Assembly (NCBI GenBank): GCA_965217865.1
Contig: CBDCJO010000002.1
Coordinates: 4,864,001-4,928,000, forward strand
Direction: 5' to 3'
DNA: 64,000 bases
DNA from: Candidatus Latescibacterota bacterium
Lineage (GTDB): Bacteria; Latescibacterota; UBA2968; SICM01
Made by a program: the position numbers and the translations under genes. This document shows, piece after piece, positions 40,346-51,024 of the stretch (position 1 is its first letter; each line of letters begins with the position of its first letter). The notes beneath the pieces are model-generated. The model was not told the origin of the DNA. It searched no databases and was given only the letters and a program-made list of their open reading frames with translations.

Positions 40346-41107
40346 ATGACCCGTTCAAAACTGGCCGCAACGCTCTACACATTGCGAGCCTATACAAAGG
40401 CTCCCTGGGACATCACACGTACATTGAAAAAAGTCCGGTCGATCGGATATGAGAGCGTTCAGCTGTCCGGTCTGGGGCCGATCGATCCCAGTGAGTTGAA
40501 GACGATTCTGGACGGCGAGGGATTAAGCGTGTGTGCCACACACGTAAGCTATGAGCGTCTCGAGAAGGAGCTGGATGTTGTCGTGGAAGAACATCGCCTG
40601 TGGGGCTGCAGGCATATCGCCATCGGTTCTCTCCCTGAAGCCTACCGCGAGGACGACGGATTTTCGAGGTTTGCTAAAGAGTCCCATGAAGTTTCGGGTC
40701 AACTCAAGAAGGCCGGCATGACGTTCAGTTATCACAATCACAATTGGGAACTGGAGCGGATCGACGGAAGAACGGGTCTGGACATCCTGGTTGAAGAGAG
40801 CGATCCGAGTCTATATTTCGAGATCGATACCTACTGGATTCAAGCGGGCGGAGGCGATCCCGCCTCCTGGATTCGAAGGGTGAAGGACCGGGCTCCGCTC
40901 GTTCATCTGAAGGATATGACCGTCTCCGAGAGAAAGCCTGTCATGGCCGAGGTGGGAGAAGGAAACCTGAACTGGGAGGGCATCCTTGAGGCATGCCGCG
41001 AATCCAATGTGGAATGGTATATCGTGGAGCAGGACTGGTGTGAGCGGGATCCGTTCGAAAGCATCGCAATCAGCCTTCGGAATTTGAAGGAATTAGGTTT
41101 GGCGTAA
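40346..41107 (+). CDS. Sugar phosphate isomerase/epimerase
   Basis: LYTLR, YHNH, EIDTYW, HLKD, VEQD. Confidence 0.9.
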   Translation: MTRSKLAATLYTLRAYTKAPWDITRTLKKVRSIGYESVQLSGLGPIDPSELKTILDGEGLSVCATHVSYERLEKELDVVVEEHRLWGCRHIAIGSLPEAYREDDGFSRFAKESHEVSGQLKKAGMTFSYHNHNWELERIDGRTGLDILVEESDPSLYFEIDTYWIQAGGGDPASWIRRVKDRAPLVHLKDMTVSERKPVMAEVGEGNLNWEGILEACRESNVEWYIVEQDWCERDPFESIAISLRNLKELGLA

Positions 41108-41121
41108 ACCCCTCAACAAAC

Positions 41122-43221
41122 GTGACGAACAGAAAACGTAAAATTCGAATCGGTGCGGACGTAGGCGGAACCTTCACCGACGTGGTGCTCATCGACGAAA
41201 CCGGCAGGGTCTGGACCCATAAGGTCCCGTCCACTCCCCCCGCGTTCGAGCAGGCCGTTCTGTCGGGAATGGAGCATTTGCTGGGAACCGCGAATTCAAG
41301 GGGAAATGCTGTCGGGGAGGTTGCCCACGGAACGACGGTGGCCACCAACGCAGTCCTGGAACAACGCGGGGCCAAGACCGCGCTCATCACCACACGAGGA
41401 TTTCGCGACGTGCTGGAGCTCCGGCGCGTCCGTATTCCCAAGTTGTACGACCTGTTCTTCGATAAACCGCCGGCATTGATCGAGCGTTACCTTCGCCTGG
41501 AACTGAGCGAACGCCTGGACGCCAGCGGAAAAGTGCTGACCCCCCTGGACCAATCCGAGCTCTATCGGCTCAAAGAATTCATGAAAAAAGAACAGGTGGA
41601 ATCGGTCGCTGTATGTTTCCTTCACGCGTATGCATCTCCGCAGCACGAACGGGCGGTGGGAGATTTCCTCAAAGCGCATCTGCCGGATGTTCAGGTCTCC
41701 CTTTCCTCTGAAGTTCTGCCGGAGCGTCGCGAATACGAACGAACGGCCACGACAGCGGTCAACGCTTACGTGCGTCCGGTGGTGCAGAATTATTTAGGTG
41801 CGTTGCGCCTGGGCCTTAACGCCATGGGGGTCAACCCGCCCCTGCTTATCATGCAGTCGGCCGGCGGCTTGACGCCGGAGAAGGATGCGGCACAACGTCC
41901 GGTATTCATGCTCGAATCGGGACCGGCGGCAGGCGTGTTGGCCGCCAATTTTATTTCTCGACGTCTGGGGATCACAAACGTCGTCACGCTCGACATGGGC
42001 GGTACAACCGCAAAAGCCTCCACAATCGAGGAAGGACGAATCATCTACACGCCGCAGTACGAAGTGGGGGCTTCGCTCTCTGCCAGCACCCGGCTGGTGG
42101 GGGGCGGCGGTGAACTGGTGCGTGCACCTACGATCGACATTGCCGAAGTGGGGGCGGGTGGGGGGAGCATCGCCTACCTGGATAAGGCCGGCGGCCTGCG
42201 GGTGGGGCCCCGAAGCGCCGGGGCTATGCCCGGGCCGGCCTGTTATAGGCGGGGGGGAACCGAGCCCACACTCACCGATGCGAATGTTGTGTTGGGCTAT
42301 ATCTATCCCGGAAAACTGGCGGACGGAGAAGTGGAGATTGACCTTGATACGGCGAAGCGGGTTGTGAGCGATCGTATTGCCGGTCCCCTGGGCATGGACC
42401 TTCTTCAGGCGGCCGAGGGCATTCACCGAATCGCCAATGCCCGAACCATGCGCGCCCTTCGCCAGGTGTCCACCGAGCGGGGACGCGATCCTCGCGATTT
42501 CGTTCTTATGGCCTTTGGCGGGGCCGGTCCTATCCACGCCGCGGGCCTTGCCCGGGAGCTCAACATCCGCCAGGTCATCATACCCCCCCTCCCGGGGCTC
42601 TTCAGCGCGATGGGGTTGCTTTTTTCAGGGATCGAACACCACGATGTACGCAGCTGCATGTTTGTAGGCGAGGCGCTGACCGTAGAGGCGGTTCAAAAAG
42701 TTCAAGTTGGGCTGGAGCAGGCTATGATTGCTCAATTTGAATCAGAGGGCTACGCGGCCGGTAGCGTGGAACTCAGTTATAGTGCGGATGTCCGCTTCAG
42801 GGGCCAGACCTCGGAGTTGCGAATTCCCCTGTCGGGCAGTCCATTCACAGACGAAACATTACGTCGGTTTCAGGAAGACTTCGCCGTGGAGCATGAACGG
42901 CTCTACGGCCACCGATCGGATCCGAACAACCCAGTCGAGGTGGTGGCCATTCGCGTAGTCGGCCGCAGCGGAGCGCCGGACTGCGAAAGTCGCCTGGAGC
43001 CTGCGGATTCCCGCCACTCGTCGGAATCCTCTCGCCCGGCTTATTTCGGGCGACAGTGGGGCACTATCCCAACACCCGTCTGCCGGCGTCGAGATTTGAC
43101 CGGCGGGGCAAAAGGGCCTCTGTTCATCGACGAATACGACTCTACGATTGTGGTCCCCCCCGACATGCAGGTGGTTGTGGATGAGCACATGAATGTTCGT
43201 TTGGAGGTTCAGGATGACTGA
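41122..43221 (+). CDS. Hydantoinase A/5-oxoprolinase alpha subunit
   Basis: DVGGTFTD, HGTTVATNA, ESGPAAG, DMGGTT, GAGGGS, FGGAG. Confidence 0.93.
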   Translation: MTNRKRKIRIGADVGGTFTDVVLIDETGRVWTHKVPSTPPAFEQAVLSGMEHLLGTANSRGNAVGEVAHGTTVATNAVLEQRGAKTALITTRGFRDVLELRRVRIPKLYDLFFDKPPALIERYLRLELSERLDASGKVLTPLDQSELYRLKEFMKKEQVESVAVCFLHAYASPQHERAVGDFLKAHLPDVQVSLSSEVLPERREYERTATTAVNAYVRPVVQNYLGALRLGLNAMGVNPPLLIMQSAGGLTPEKDAAQRPVFMLESGPAAGVLAANFISRRLGITNVVTLDMGGTTAKASTIEEGRIIYTPQYEVGASLSASTRLVGGGGELVRAPTIDIAEVGAGGGSIAYLDKAGGLRVGPRSAGAMPGPACYRRGGTEPTLTDANVVLGYIYPGKLADGEVEIDLDTAKRVVSDRIAGPLGMDLLQAAEGIHRIANARTMRALRQVSTERGRDPRDFVLMAFGGAGPIHAAGLARELNIRQVIIPPLPGLFSAMGLLFSGIEHHDVRSCMFVGEALTVEAVQKVQVGLEQAMIAQFESEGYAAGSVELSYSADVRFRGQTSELRIPLSGSPFTDETLRRFQEDFAVEHERLYGHRSDPNNPVEVVAIRVVGRSGAPDCESRLEPADSRHSSESSRPAYFGRQWGTIPTPVCRRRDLTGGAKGPLFIDEYDSTIVVPPDMQVVVDEHMNVRLEVQDD

Positions 43222-44956
43222 GACCACCGACCCCATCACCCGGGAAATCGTGCAAAACGCGCTGGCTGCTGGGGCCGATGAAATGGCCATCGCCCTCTAC
43301 AGGACCGCTTACTCCACGGTCGTGCGGGACTGTCTGGATTTCTCCACATCCCTTTGCGACGCCAATGGAGAGATGATCGCCCAGGGGGTCACCATCCCTC
43401 TGCACCTGGGGGCGGTTCCCTTCGCCATGGAGACGCTATTTGCCAAGTTCGGTGAAGACATGGAAGAGGGCGATGTCTTTATCCTCAACGATCCTTTCGA
43501 AGGCGGAATGCACATCCCCGACATCTTCATCGTCAAACCGATTTTTTGGGAGGGATCGCGAATTGCTTTTGCCGTAAGCACAGCCCACCACCTGGACATG
43601 GGGGGACGTCTCCCCGGCAGTTCGGCGTGCGACAACACCGAGATCTTCCAGGATGGCTTGCGCATTCCCTGGCTCAAACTCCATCGCCGGGGCCGTCCAG
43701 ACGAGGCCATCTTCGCCCTATTGCGCGCTAATGTGCGTGTGCCGAACATGACCATCGGTGATCTGATGGCGCAGTTGGCCTCCTGCCACATCGGGGAGCG
43801 CGCCATACACGACCTGGTCCGGCGTTATGGCCCCCGGACATTCAAGGCGTGCACCGCGGACTTGCTCGACTATACGGAACGACTTGTCCGATCTGAGATA
43901 TCCTCCTGGCCAGACGGAAGCTATAGCTTCACCGACTACATGGACAGCGACGGGGTGGGTGGGCCCCCGGTGAAGCTCCAGGTGACCATCACCGTTTCCG
44001 GAGATTCCCTCACCGCTGATTTCACAGGCACAGCACCCCAGGTGCGCGGGGCCATCAACAACACGCTCTCCTTCACCTTTTCCGTGGTTGCCCTGTGTGT
44101 GCGCGGGGCCATGAAGCAGGACATCCCCAACACAGCCGGCATGTTCAAACCGCTCGAGGTCATCGCGCCAGCCGGGACCGTTCTCCATGGCGTCATGCCC
44201 GCCGCATCGTCCATGCGCGGCATCACGGCCTTCCGCCTGGCAGACGCGGTCTATGGGGCCCTTTCCGGTCTTCTGCCGGACCGAATCATGGCCGCCGGAG
44301 AGGGTGGGAATACCCTGGTCATCATCGGCGGCCAGAACCCGGGCCGCACGCCATATGTCTTCTTCGAACTCATGGCGGGCACCTGGGGCGCTCGGCCGGA
44401 CCGGGACGGAAACGACGGACTTTGCAATCCGGCCAACGTTGCAAGCAATATTCCCGTCGAAGAGGCCGAATGCAGTTACCCCCTGCGGATCGAGCGCTAC
44501 GGTATGGTGCGTGACAGCGGGGGCGCGGGAAAATTCCGGGGCGGTCTGGCGATCGAACGCGAGTGGCAGTTGCTCGACGGAGAAGCACATCTCGCCATCC
44601 GCTCCGACAGGCGCGACCACCTACCCTACGGCCTCTACGGGGGGAAGTCCGGGACGGGTTCGATCAACATCCTCCGCCACGTTGAAGAGGAAGAAGTGTT
44701 GCCGACTATGATTTCGACTTCGATTCGAGCGGGCGAACGTTTCTACCACCGTCAGGCCGCGGGAGGGGGTTGGGGCGATCCCCTGGAACGGGACCCGGAG
44801 TCGATATCCCGGGACGCCAAAAACGACAAGGTTTCCTGTGAAGGCGCTCGTGAACACTACGGGGTCGTGATCGACCCAAACAGTTTCGTTGTCGATAAAG
44901 ACGCCACCGCCGCGCTACGCAAGGAGAAAGCGAAGGATCGCAATCTCCCTGAATAA
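43214..44956 (+). CDS. Hydantoinase B/5-oxoprolinase beta subunit
   Basis: DFST, NDPFEGGMHIPD, HHLDMGG..PGS, GGAGKFRGG, GGGWGDP. Confidence 0.93.
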   Translation: MTETTDPITREIVQNALAAGADEMAIALYRTAYSTVVRDCLDFSTSLCDANGEMIAQGVTIPLHLGAVPFAMETLFAKFGEDMEEGDVFILNDPFEGGMHIPDIFIVKPIFWEGSRIAFAVSTAHHLDMGGRLPGSSACDNTEIFQDGLRIPWLKLHRRGRPDEAIFALLRANVRVPNMTIGDLMAQLASCHIGERAIHDLVRRYGPRTFKACTADLLDYTERLVRSEISSWPDGSYSFTDYMDSDGVGGPPVKLQVTITVSGDSLTADFTGTAPQVRGAINNTLSFTFSVVALCVRGAMKQDIPNTAGMFKPLEVIAPAGTVLHGVMPAASSMRGITAFRLADAVYGALSGLLPDRIMAAGEGGNTLVIIGGQNPGRTPYVFFELMAGTWGARPDRDGNDGLCNPANVASNIPVEEAECSYPLRIERYGMVRDSGGAGKFRGGLAIEREWQLLDGEAHLAIRSDRRDHLPYGLYGGKSGTGSINILRHVEEEEVLPTMISTSIRAGERFYHRQAAGGGWGDPLERDPESISRDAKNDKVSCEGAREHYGVVIDPNSFVVDKDATAALRKEKAKDRNLPE

Positions 44957-45003
44957 TTCGCGTTAATCAGTCTATGCGTGGAACCTATTTCAAAAATCGA
45001 ATC

Positions 45004-47106
45004 ATGAAAAGCGAAGCCCATGTATGGACAACAGGTTTGATCCTTCTGCTATTTCCCATCAGCCTGTACGGTGAAGGCCAACTGACCGAAAATCCGGAGG
45101 TCATCGCCCTTGAGGAGATCGTGGTAACCGCCAGTCGTACGGACCAGAGGCTTAAGGACCTCCCTGCGCACGCAACCATCCTCACAAAACGGGAAATTCA
45201 CCAATCCGCTGCCCAGGCTCTGGATGATCTATTAAGGCAGGTCCCCGGCTTCAGCCTGTTCCGGCGGTCGAGCAGCATTGTGGCTCATCCGACCACACAG
45301 GGCGTGTCGCTGCGGGGAATCGGGGGAAGCGGATCCAGCCGCACGCTTGTCCTCGTCGATGGGTTCCCTTTGAACGATCCTTTCGGCGGCTGGGTCCAGT
45401 GGAGCAAGGTGGGTCTGGTCGGTGTCGAGCGGATCGAGGTGCTCAGGGGCGGGGGATCTCATATCTGGGGAAACTACGCACTGGGGGGAGTCATCCAAGT
45501 TGTCACGGAACAACCCCAAAAAAGGGGGGGAAGTTTATCCGCTGGCGGGGGGAATGGGAAAACCGCATCTATGAGTTTCACTGCAAACGATCGATTCGGA
45601 TCCACCGGGGTAGGGCTTGCAGGAAGCTATTTCAATACGGGCGGATACCCGATCGTCCGGAAGGACCAGCGGGGAAAAATCGACATCAATGCCGATTCGA
45701 AAAACCGAATGGTCCGGTTAAAACTGACTCATGATTTCTCTCCGAACGCGGAAATCAGCTTCCAAAGCAGCTTTTTCAATGAAGAACGGGACAACGGGAC
45801 CCCGTTGACTCAGAACGGGACGGACGCGGGGTTCTTCGGGATCCGTTCTGTGTTAAGAAAGCAGGATGGGAACAAATTGACCTTTACCGGTTTTTCACAC
45901 GTTCAGCGGTTCAAGAGTTTTTTCTCATCCCAATCTTCCGACCGAAATTCCGAAAGGCCTGCTCTGGATCAATTTAACGTCCCTTCAACCGCAATCGGGC
46001 TCTCTCTTGAGTGGTTGCGGCCCACCAAAGACTCGCATTTGTTTACATCGGGATTGGACTTCAGACGGGCTTCGGGCGAAACACAGGAGGATTTTCGATT
46101 TGCAACCGACAAATTTATCAGGAGGCGAAAGGCGGGTGGGGACCAGCAGGGGATGGGATTTTACATCCAGGATATCTTCTATCCTCAGCGCCGCCTTCAA
46201 TTCACCGCGGGGGGGCGGGTCGACCTTTGGCGAAACTTCGGAGGCTTTCGTCGTGAGACGGATCTGGAGACGAATCAGGTCATACGAAACGACGTATTCG
46301 CGGACCGGACCCGTTGGGTCTTCAATCCCAAGGCTGGATTGCTTTTTACTCTGTCCGACGGGGTCTCCTTCCGGGGTTCGTTTTACCGAACGTTCCGCGC
46401 ACCTACGCTGAACGAACTTTTCCGTCCGTTCCGTGTCGGGAACGTGATTACGAGCGCAAACGAAGATCTGGATCCCGAAAGGCTTGTGGGAGGGGATGTT
46501 GGATTGGACTTCGTGACGCCTTTCCTGACGGGGCGATTCACGGGCTACTGGAATGAGGTCGAAGGCTCTATTGTGAACCTGACTATCGGTAGCGGACCCG
46601 GCTCCGTTTCTCCCTGCGGGTTCGTGCCCGCCGGCGGTCTCTGCCGCCAGCGGCATAACCTGGAACGGACCCGGTTCAGGGGTTTCGAAGCTGAATTATC
46701 TTATCGGTTTCGTCGTTTTTTGAGCTGCTCGGTGAGTTATCTGTTGAGTGACAGCAAGATCCTGCGTGCCCCCGGGAAAGGGGGTCTCGAAGGCAAACGA
46801 ATTCCACAAATTCCCGCGAATCAGGTGGTCCTGAAGGTGGGTTTTGTTCATCCGGAATATTTTTCGGCTTCCGTTCAGGGAAGATATGTGGGCACACAAT
46901 TTGAAGACGACTCGAATCTGCTTGAGCTGGGAGGTTTCGGGGTGTTGGACTTTTCGTTTTCGCGAAGTGTCGATTCAAAAAGAGAAGTTTTTTTCACCGT
47001 CGAAAACATGTTGAATCAATCCTACGCCGTAGGCCTGGGAAGCAATGGCCTGGAGACGATCGGGGCTCTTATGCGAATCCAGGGAGGCGTTCGTTTGTGG
47101 ATTTAA
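45004..47106 (+). CDS. TonB-dependent receptor
   Basis: EEIVVTASR TonB box, plug motifs LVDG and RIEVLRG, FRAPTLNEL, ENML. Confidence 0.93.
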   Translation: MKSEAHVWTTGLILLLFPISLYGEGQLTENPEVIALEEIVVTASRTDQRLKDLPAHATILTKREIHQSAAQALDDLLRQVPGFSLFRRSSSIVAHPTTQGVSLRGIGGSGSSRTLVLVDGFPLNDPFGGWVQWSKVGLVGVERIEVLRGGGSHIWGNYALGGVIQVVTEQPQKRGGSLSAGGGNGKTASMSFTANDRFGSTGVGLAGSYFNTGGYPIVRKDQRGKIDINADSKNRMVRLKLTHDFSPNAEISFQSSFFNEERDNGTPLTQNGTDAGFFGIRSVLRKQDGNKLTFTGFSHVQRFKSFFSSQSSDRNSERPALDQFNVPSTAIGLSLEWLRPTKDSHLFTSGLDFRRASGETQEDFRFATDKFIRRRKAGGDQQGMGFYIQDIFYPQRRLQFTAGGRVDLWRNFGGFRRETDLETNQVIRNDVFADRTRWVFNPKAGLLFTLSDGVSFRGSFYRTFRAPTLNELFRPFRVGNVITSANEDLDPERLVGGDVGLDFVTPFLTGRFTGYWNEVEGSIVNLTIGSGPGSVSPCGFVPAGGLCRQRHNLERTRFRGFEAELSYRFRRFLSCSVSYLLSDSKILRAPGKGGLEGKRIPQIPANQVVLKVGFVHPEYFSASVQGRYVGTQFEDDSNLLELGGFGVLDFSFSRSVDSKREVFFTVENMLNQSYAVGLGSNGLETIGALMRIQGGVRLWI

Positions 47107-47136
47107 GTATTGAAGATCGAAATAGGAGGTTGTTCA

Positions 47137-49101
47137 ATGATCCGGAATAATCTGAACCATGCGATCGGGATTTTGATTCTTTTGTGCCTTTGTTCCTGTT
47201 CAAAGCCGATCGATCGAGTGGGTGAATGGCGGTCTTACGGCTCTGACTACGCCAGCACCAAGTTCACACCGCTTGATCAAATCCACAAGGGCAATGTTCA
47301 GGACCTGCAAGTCGCTTGGCGGTGGGAGTCTCCAGACAGCGAAATACTCAAGGCAAATCCGGGGCTCTGGACCATGCTTAACGAAGCGACCCCCCTGATG
47401 GTGGGCGGCGTTATTTACACGAGCACCTCCCTAAGCCAGGTCGCCGCAATCGATGCGTTTTCGGGGGAGACCATATGGGTGTACGACCCTGAGACCTATA
47501 AAGATGGCTCGCCGGCCAATGTGGGTTTTGTGCATCGCGGTGTGGCTTACTGGGAGGATGGGGAGGATCGGCGAATTCTTTACGGAACGGGTGACGCGTA
47601 TCTGATCGCTCTCGACGCCGGGACGGGAAAACCCATTCCCGGGTTTGGGGAAAAAGGGAGAGTCGATTTGACGAAAGGCCTGCGGCGTCCGATCGACCGA
47701 GAACTCTACGCCATTCCGACTCCGCCGGTTGTCTGCCGCGATATGCTCGTCGTGGGATCGACTGTCCTGGATGCTTTCGCGGTCAACCGTATGCCGGATA
47801 AGGCCATGCCGCCGGGGGATGTCCGGGGTTTCGATATCCGAACGGGGCAGCAGCGTTGGGTCTTTCATTCCGTACCCCAGGATGGGGAGTTTGCGAACGA
47901 AACCTGGGAAGCGGGGTCTTGGAAGACAACGGGCAACACGAATGTCTGGACCTTGATGAGCTCGGATGAGGCGCTCGGTTATGTTTACCTGCCTTTCAGC
48001 ACTCCAACGAACGATTACTACGGGGGCCATCGCCCGGGTGATAATCTGTTCGCTGAGAGTCTGGTTTGCCTGAACGCCGAGACAGGGAAACGCGTCTGGC
48101 ACTTCCAGATCCTGCACCACGGGCTCTGGGATTATGATCTCCCCGCGGCTCCTAATCTGGTCGATATCTCGGCGGGTGGGAGGAAGGTCAAGGCCGTCGC
48201 ACAGGTCACAAAGCAGGGTTTCTGTTTTGTATTCGACAGGGTCACGGGAGAACCGATCTGGCCCATCGAAGAACGTGCGGTTCCGCAGTCGACGGTGCAT
48301 GGAGAGAAATCGTCGCCGACACAGCCTTTTCCTACGAATCCCCTTCCGTTCGATCGGCAGGGTCTGACCCACGACGATCTGATCGACTTTACACCAGAAT
48401 TGAGGAAAGAAGCGATCGCAATCGTCGATCGATACGCTTATGGTCCGCTCTTCTCCCCGCCAACCGAGAAGGGTACGATTATAATGCCCGGAATCATTGG
48501 GGGCGCGAGCTGGGCTGGGGCCGGGGTCAATCCGGAGACCTGCGTGATGTATGTTCCTTCTTACACGCTTCCTGTTATCTTGACGCTTACGAAATCGGAG
48601 GGGCCGGATGCGCCTTACGCGTACACGGGGAGATACAAAGTCGGACCGGACGGACCCAGGGAACTTCCGATCATCAAGCCCCCTTATGGACGCATCACGG
48701 CCATAGATCTGAATACCGGGGAACACGTGTGGATGAGTCCGGTCGGAGATGGCCCGAAAGACAATCCTGCGATTCAAAACCTGGACCTTCCCCGGCTGGG
48801 CTGGGATCGGCGCACGTTTGTTTTGTTGACAAAAACCCTGGTGTTCGGTGCTCAACAGGGAAAAGCAAGCGAACGCGGTGTCTCAGCCCGGGGAAACGCT
48901 TTGGAGTTTACGACCGAAACCCATCGTGCCTTTCTGCGAGCGTTTGACCCGGACAACGGAGATCTGATTGCGGAAATACCCTTACCGGGAAACGCGACGG
49001 GATCCCCGATCACCTACATGCGCAGAGACAAGCAGTTTATCGCGATTCCGATCGGGGGGGCCTCTCAGCCGGCTGAACTGGTGGGATTAACAATGCCGTG
49101 A
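47137..49101 (+). CDS. PQQ-dependent (glucose/quinate-type) dehydrogenase, lipoprotein
   Basis: LCSC lipobox, EATPLMV, HRGVAYW, PGDVRGFD, HHGLWDYD, PPYG. Confidence 0.9.
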   Translation: MIRNNLNHAIGILILLCLCSCSKPIDRVGEWRSYGSDYASTKFTPLDQIHKGNVQDLQVAWRWESPDSEILKANPGLWTMLNEATPLMVGGVIYTSTSLSQVAAIDAFSGETIWVYDPETYKDGSPANVGFVHRGVAYWEDGEDRRILYGTGDAYLIALDAGTGKPIPGFGEKGRVDLTKGLRRPIDRELYAIPTPPVVCRDMLVVGSTVLDAFAVNRMPDKAMPPGDVRGFDIRTGQQRWVFHSVPQDGEFANETWEAGSWKTTGNTNVWTLMSSDEALGYVYLPFSTPTNDYYGGHRPGDNLFAESLVCLNAETGKRVWHFQILHHGLWDYDLPAAPNLVDISAGGRKVKAVAQVTKQGFCFVFDRVTGEPIWPIEERAVPQSTVHGEKSSPTQPFPTNPLPFDRQGLTHDDLIDFTPELRKEAIAIVDRYAYGPLFSPPTEKGTIIMPGIIGGASWAGAGVNPETCVMYVPSYTLPVILTLTKSEGPDAPYAYTGRYKVGPDGPRELPIIKPPYGRITAIDLNTGEHVWMSPVGDGPKDNPAIQNLDLPRLGWDRRTFVLLTKTLVFGAQQGKASERGVSARGNALEFTTETHRAFLRAFDPDNGDLIAEIPLPGNATGSPITYMRRDKQFIAIPIGGASQPAELVGLTMP

Positions 49102-49161
49102 AGCGCAGAGGGCAAAATCAAAACTTTGGGTATTTTTAGATTCGCGTCGGCCTTTTTATCC

Positions 49162-49186
49162 GTGGGCGGGAGTTCACTCCCGCGAA
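49162..49186 (+). repeat. REP-like palindrome
   Basis: GTGG-GCGGGAGT-TC-ACTCCCGC-GAA. Confidence 0.45.
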
Positions 49187-49239
49187 GGAGCGGATGAACA
49201 AATTCCTCAAAAAGGATCGAATGGATCGAAAGGAAACCC

Positions 49240-50667
49240 ATGAGCGGTATTTATGAGCCGTTGTCCGATTTTGAGACGCGGGATTTGCCCGAGAAAAAGC
49301 TCTCATTCTGGAAGATGGCCGGTCCGGGGGCCATCCTGGTTGGGCTTTCGATCGGGGCGGGCGAAATCGTGGTGTGGCCCCGGATTGTCGCGGAGTTCGG
49401 GGCAACCATGGTCTGGGCCGCGGTGCTGGGGGTCTTTCTTCAATTGTGGGTGAACCTGGAAGTGGGCCGCTGGACCATTGCCACGGGCGAGACGGTCTAC
49501 ACGGGCTATTGCCGGGTTTGGCGGGGCTTCGCGCCGCTTTTTCTTTTTCTGACGATTTTGAGCTGGCTCGCGCCGGGGTGGGGTCGCGCCTCGGGCCTTG
49601 CCCTCAAAGCCCTCCTGGTGGGTCCCGGAGGACCCGGATCCGACACCCTCTGGACCGTGGTTACGTTCGCCGCGGTTGCTCTGGTTTTGTTCGGTCCGAA
49701 GGTGATCTATCAGTCTGTCGAAAGGACGATCGAGGTCCTGGTTGCGATCGTCACTTTGGGGCTTATCACCGTTGCGGTATTCGTCGGTTCAGGGGACACG
49801 TGGGCAGAGATTGGATCCGGGATCCTGAATGTTGGATACAAGGACCCGGGGATGACGGTCAAGGTGATGTTCATTGCGATCGTATTCGCGGGGGCCGGAG
49901 GGACGGCGAATCTTTTCTACACCTTCTATCTTCGGGATAAGCACATCGGTATGGGCGTCCACCTTCCGAGTCTCCTGAACCCCTTGCGCGGGAGGACGGA
50001 AGCGATCTCATCCACGGGTTTCCGATTTGAGGATTCCGAGGAGAATCGACTGCGCTTCAAGGCCTGGTGGGACTATATTAAGAAAGATCAGGTCCTTTTC
50101 TTCTGGTTTCTGAACACGTTTACCATCCTGCTTTTCATTTTTGGCGCCCTCGCGGTGCTTCATCCCCAGGGGATCGTGCCGGCCAAGGGGACCCTCATCT
50201 GGGACGAGGCTCAGATTCTCGGTGAGATCTGGGGAGGGCCGGGCCGTACTATTTTCCTGCTTGTGGGCATGGCCACCCTTTTCAGCACGCAGCTCGCCCT
50301 GGTGGACGGTGTGTCCCGCTCAGTGGCCGATATCATACACACCAATATCAAAGGGGCACGGAAGCGAGACCTGGGCTGGTGGTATCTCGTGGTTGCAGGG
50401 ACGTGGATCGTCGCGGGATGCCTCATCACCTATGTCATGGAAAGCAGGGGGGTCAGCGAACTGGGTTTTATTTTCAACGCGGCCTATATGGGGGGATTTG
50501 CGATGGCGATTTATGTGCCTCTAACGCTCTATATCAACTATCGGTTTCTTCCACGAGGGGCCAGGCCGAGAACCCTCAACACGGTGATGATGATCATCGC
50601 CTCGCTGGTTTATGTGGGGTTTGCAATATCGAGCATTGCCTGGGAGATCGGGCAGTGGACAGGATGA
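49240..50667 (+). CDS. Nramp/YcsG-like membrane transporter
   Basis: GPGAIL.GLSIGAGE, RWTIATGE, about 11 TM segments, LFSTQL. Confidence 0.82.
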   Translation: MSGIYEPLSDFETRDLPEKKLSFWKMAGPGAILVGLSIGAGEIVVWPRIVAEFGATMVWAAVLGVFLQLWVNLEVGRWTIATGETVYTGYCRVWRGFAPLFLFLTILSWLAPGWGRASGLALKALLVGPGGPGSDTLWTVVTFAAVALVLFGPKVIYQSVERTIEVLVAIVTLGLITVAVFVGSGDTWAEIGSGILNVGYKDPGMTVKVMFIAIVFAGAGGTANLFYTFYLRDKHIGMGVHLPSLLNPLRGRTEAISSTGFRFEDSEENRLRFKAWWDYIKKDQVLFFWFLNTFTILLFIFGALAVLHPQGIVPAKGTLIWDEAQILGEIWGGPGRTIFLLVGMATLFSTQLALVDGVSRSVADIIHTNIKGARKRDLGWWYLVVAGTWIVAGCLITYVMESRGVSELGFIFNAAYMGGFAMAIYVPLTLYINYRFLPRGARPRTLNTVMMIIASLVYVGFAISSIAWEIGQWTG

Positions 50668-50714
50668 TGATGTGTTGAAGTTAAAGAATTTCGTTTTCAG
50701 GATCTTCGTAGTTC

Positions 50715-51018
50715 TTTTTGGTGGAAAGCGAGGTTCTGTGAGCGACGCATCAACGGGCCAACGGTCCGCGATCCGGATCAGTCCCACACATACCGTTCAT
50801 CGAAGGACATGGTTTGGGGCATTACGTTGTGAAATTATCGCGGCCCTTCAGGCCGCACGACGCTATTGTTTCGCACAACCCAGGGCGCTGCCCTGGGTTG
50901 AGGGACAACGCGCCGTTGGCGCTGAAAAAAGGCCTTGCCTTTAATCTCGGCTTATCGATTAGCACGAAGGCCCGGATGTCTATCGCGAAGACAGAGTCCA
51001 CTATATTCCAGGGAGAGC
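50715..51018 (-). mobile_element. Compact MITE copy of the 1414-2249 element
   Basis: Reverse complement matches both the left end (GCTCTCC..GGAATATAGTGGAC) and the right end (CACAGAACCTC.CTTTCCACCAAAAA), plus one REP unit. Confidence 0.75.
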
Positions 51019-51024
51019 ATGTTT

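Noticed and set aside
47431-48855. 474-aa antisense ORF, and similar long shadow ORFs such as 23710-24600, 29989-30810 and 43718-44620
   Set aside because: They lie opposite well-supported genes, carry no motifs, and are expected from GC-rich codon bias.
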